Assembly: GCA_024655825.1 (NCBI GenBank) | Contig: JANLFJ010000004.1 | Location: 15,158-79,157 of the forward strand | From: Peptococcaceae bacterium | GTDB lineage: Bacteria > Bacillota > Peptococcia > DRI-13 > PHAD01 | Length of the DNA stretch: 64,000 bases | Direction: 5' to 3' | Shown: piece after piece, positions 63,279-64,000 of the stretch | Numbering within the stretch: position 1 is the first letter of the stretch | Layout of the letters: every line of letters begins with the position of its first letter | Notes under the pieces: generated by a model | What the model was told of the DNA's origin: nothing | The model's database searches: none | What the model saw: only the letters and a program-made list of their open reading frames with translations | Made by a program: the position numbers and the translations under genes

Positions 63279-63800
63279 TTATTTCCCCTTGCGGTTAAAA
63301 ATTCCGCCCCTGGTGGAACGGGCGTCAAAAACGGTCCAGAAGGCCTCCCTGTCCCAGTTGTCTATTTCCTTGCGCAGCCTGGGAACGTCTTTTCTCCGCA
63401 GGATAATCTGGTGAATATAGTGTTTACCCTCCCGGCCCTGTCCTTCAATGACCGTAACGCCGAAACCGCAGCAGCGCAGTCTTTCCGTGAGCTCGTGCGG
63501 GGATTTAAGGGTGATCACCTGTACGGTCAAGGTCCCGACTGCCAGCTTTTCTTCGATAAAACTGCCCACGACGTTGCCGGTGGCAAAACCGGCTGCATAA
63601 ACAACCAGGTTTAACGGGTTGTTCAGGTCGGAAATGATTTTACCTAACGCGACAATATATATAATCACCTCGAAAAAACCGATTAAAGCGGCATAAAGCC
63701 TTTCTCCCCTTACGATCATCAGCGTCCTCATGGTGGAAAGCGAAACATCGCAAATCCGCGCGCAAAAGATAAAAAGGTATCCCCCTATTATATTGAACAT
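63279..63800 (-). CDS. UPF0316-family membrane protein (DUF2179-containing)
   Basis: Start at MFNIIGGYLFIF (ATG 63800, RBS GGGGGGAAAGGG). Three TM helices precede a soluble C-terminal domain (GFGVTVIEGQGREG). Confidence 0.7.
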   Translation of the reverse strand: MFNIIGGYLFIFCARICDVSLSTMRTLMIVRGERLYAALIGFFEVIIYIVALGKIISDLNNPLNLVVYAAGFATGNVVGSFIEEKLAVGTLTVQVITLKSPHELTERLRCCGFGVTVIEGQGREGKHYIHQIILRRKDVPRLRKEIDNWDREAFWTVFDARSTRGGIFNRKGK

Positions 63801-63887
63801 ACCCTTTCCCCCCGGGGTCAAAACATTGTTGGCCAAAAAACTGCTGCCTAATTTAGTATAACATTAGAACCAGCGCTAAACCATAAT

Positions 63888-63915
63888 AAACATCCCGCCC
63901 GCAGGCGGGATGTTT
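63888..63915. terminator. Stem-loop terminator after the partial upstream gene
   Basis: AAACATCCCGCC-CGCA-GGCGGGATGTTT with flanking T/A runs. Confidence 0.75.
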
Positions 63916-63916
63916 A

Positions 63917-64000
63917 TTATTCGAAATAGGCCTTTATCCCGTTAAAAATGCCTGTAGCCAGTTTTTGCCTGAAAGAGTCTGTCCCCAGGAGGGTTTCTTC
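63917..64000 (-). CDS. 3' end (27 codons) of an unidentified CDS entering from beyond the window
   Basis: The minus-strand frame is open from 64000 and reads EETLLGTDSFRQKLATGIFNGIKAYFE*. It is followed by a terminator. Confidence 0.4.
   Translation of the reverse strand, partial: EETLLGTDSFRQKLATGIFNGIKAYFE

Noticed and set aside
1-64000. Scan for CRISPR arrays, rRNA genes, intact IS elements or transposases, integrases, and known defence-system hallmarks.
   Set aside because: No regularly spaced direct repeats, no rRNA-like sequence, and no transposase or integrase ORF were found. The only mobile-element trace is the group II intron RT fragment.

Overview
This 64-kb window comes from a moderately GC-rich, spore-forming Firmicute. 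Gene content and order look like a Peptococcaceae/Desulfotomaculum-type clostridium, but that taxon call is inference only. About 90% of the genes are on the minus strand. Core blocks: (i) tandem GH18-like wall hydrolase paralogs, then rubrerythrin with a truncated desulfoferrodoxin remnant, then a yybP-ykoY (Mn2+) riboswitch in front of a Na+/Ca2+-exchanger-family transporter; (ii) a cell-shape and division block, rodA-minE-minD-minC-PBP2-mreD-mreC-mreB-radC-maf; (iii) rex followed by a DRTGG/DRTGG/PHP/GHKL module; (iv) SPOR protein, folC and valS with a T-box leader; (v) pspC, ysxC, lon, lonB, clpX, clpP, tig, five tRNAs (Arg-His-Lys-Leu-Gly), rdgB, rph and murI. The valS...ysxC interval (about 29.8-51 kb) is filled with accessory DNA: an orphan solute-binding protein, a CI-like XRE-S24 repressor with a divergent unknown gene, an opuA betaine transporter, a group II intron RT fragment, and a decayed duplicate of the local symporter/dehydrogenase locus. 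The most interesting item there is a tightly packed 9-gene operon (32365-43272, minus strand). It encodes a B12-radical SAM enzyme, a BacA-like prephenate-decarboxylase-fold protein, a Fe-S/CCG oxidoreductase, a HemN-like radical SAM enzyme, a free-standing carrier protein, a cytoplasmic S8 subtilase, a DltA-like adenylating enzyme, a KAS III-like enzyme and an aminotransferase. I do not recognise this combination as any characterised pathway. A second uncharacterised enzyme set lies at 4.7-9.1 kb: a fused B12-binding/mutase-E-like protein, a SelA/DgaE-like PLP enzyme, a small coupled ORF and an FCD regulator. No CRISPR array, rRNA or intact mobile element was seen. All calls rest on reading the sequence and ORF translations and on remembered family motifs; no database search was run.
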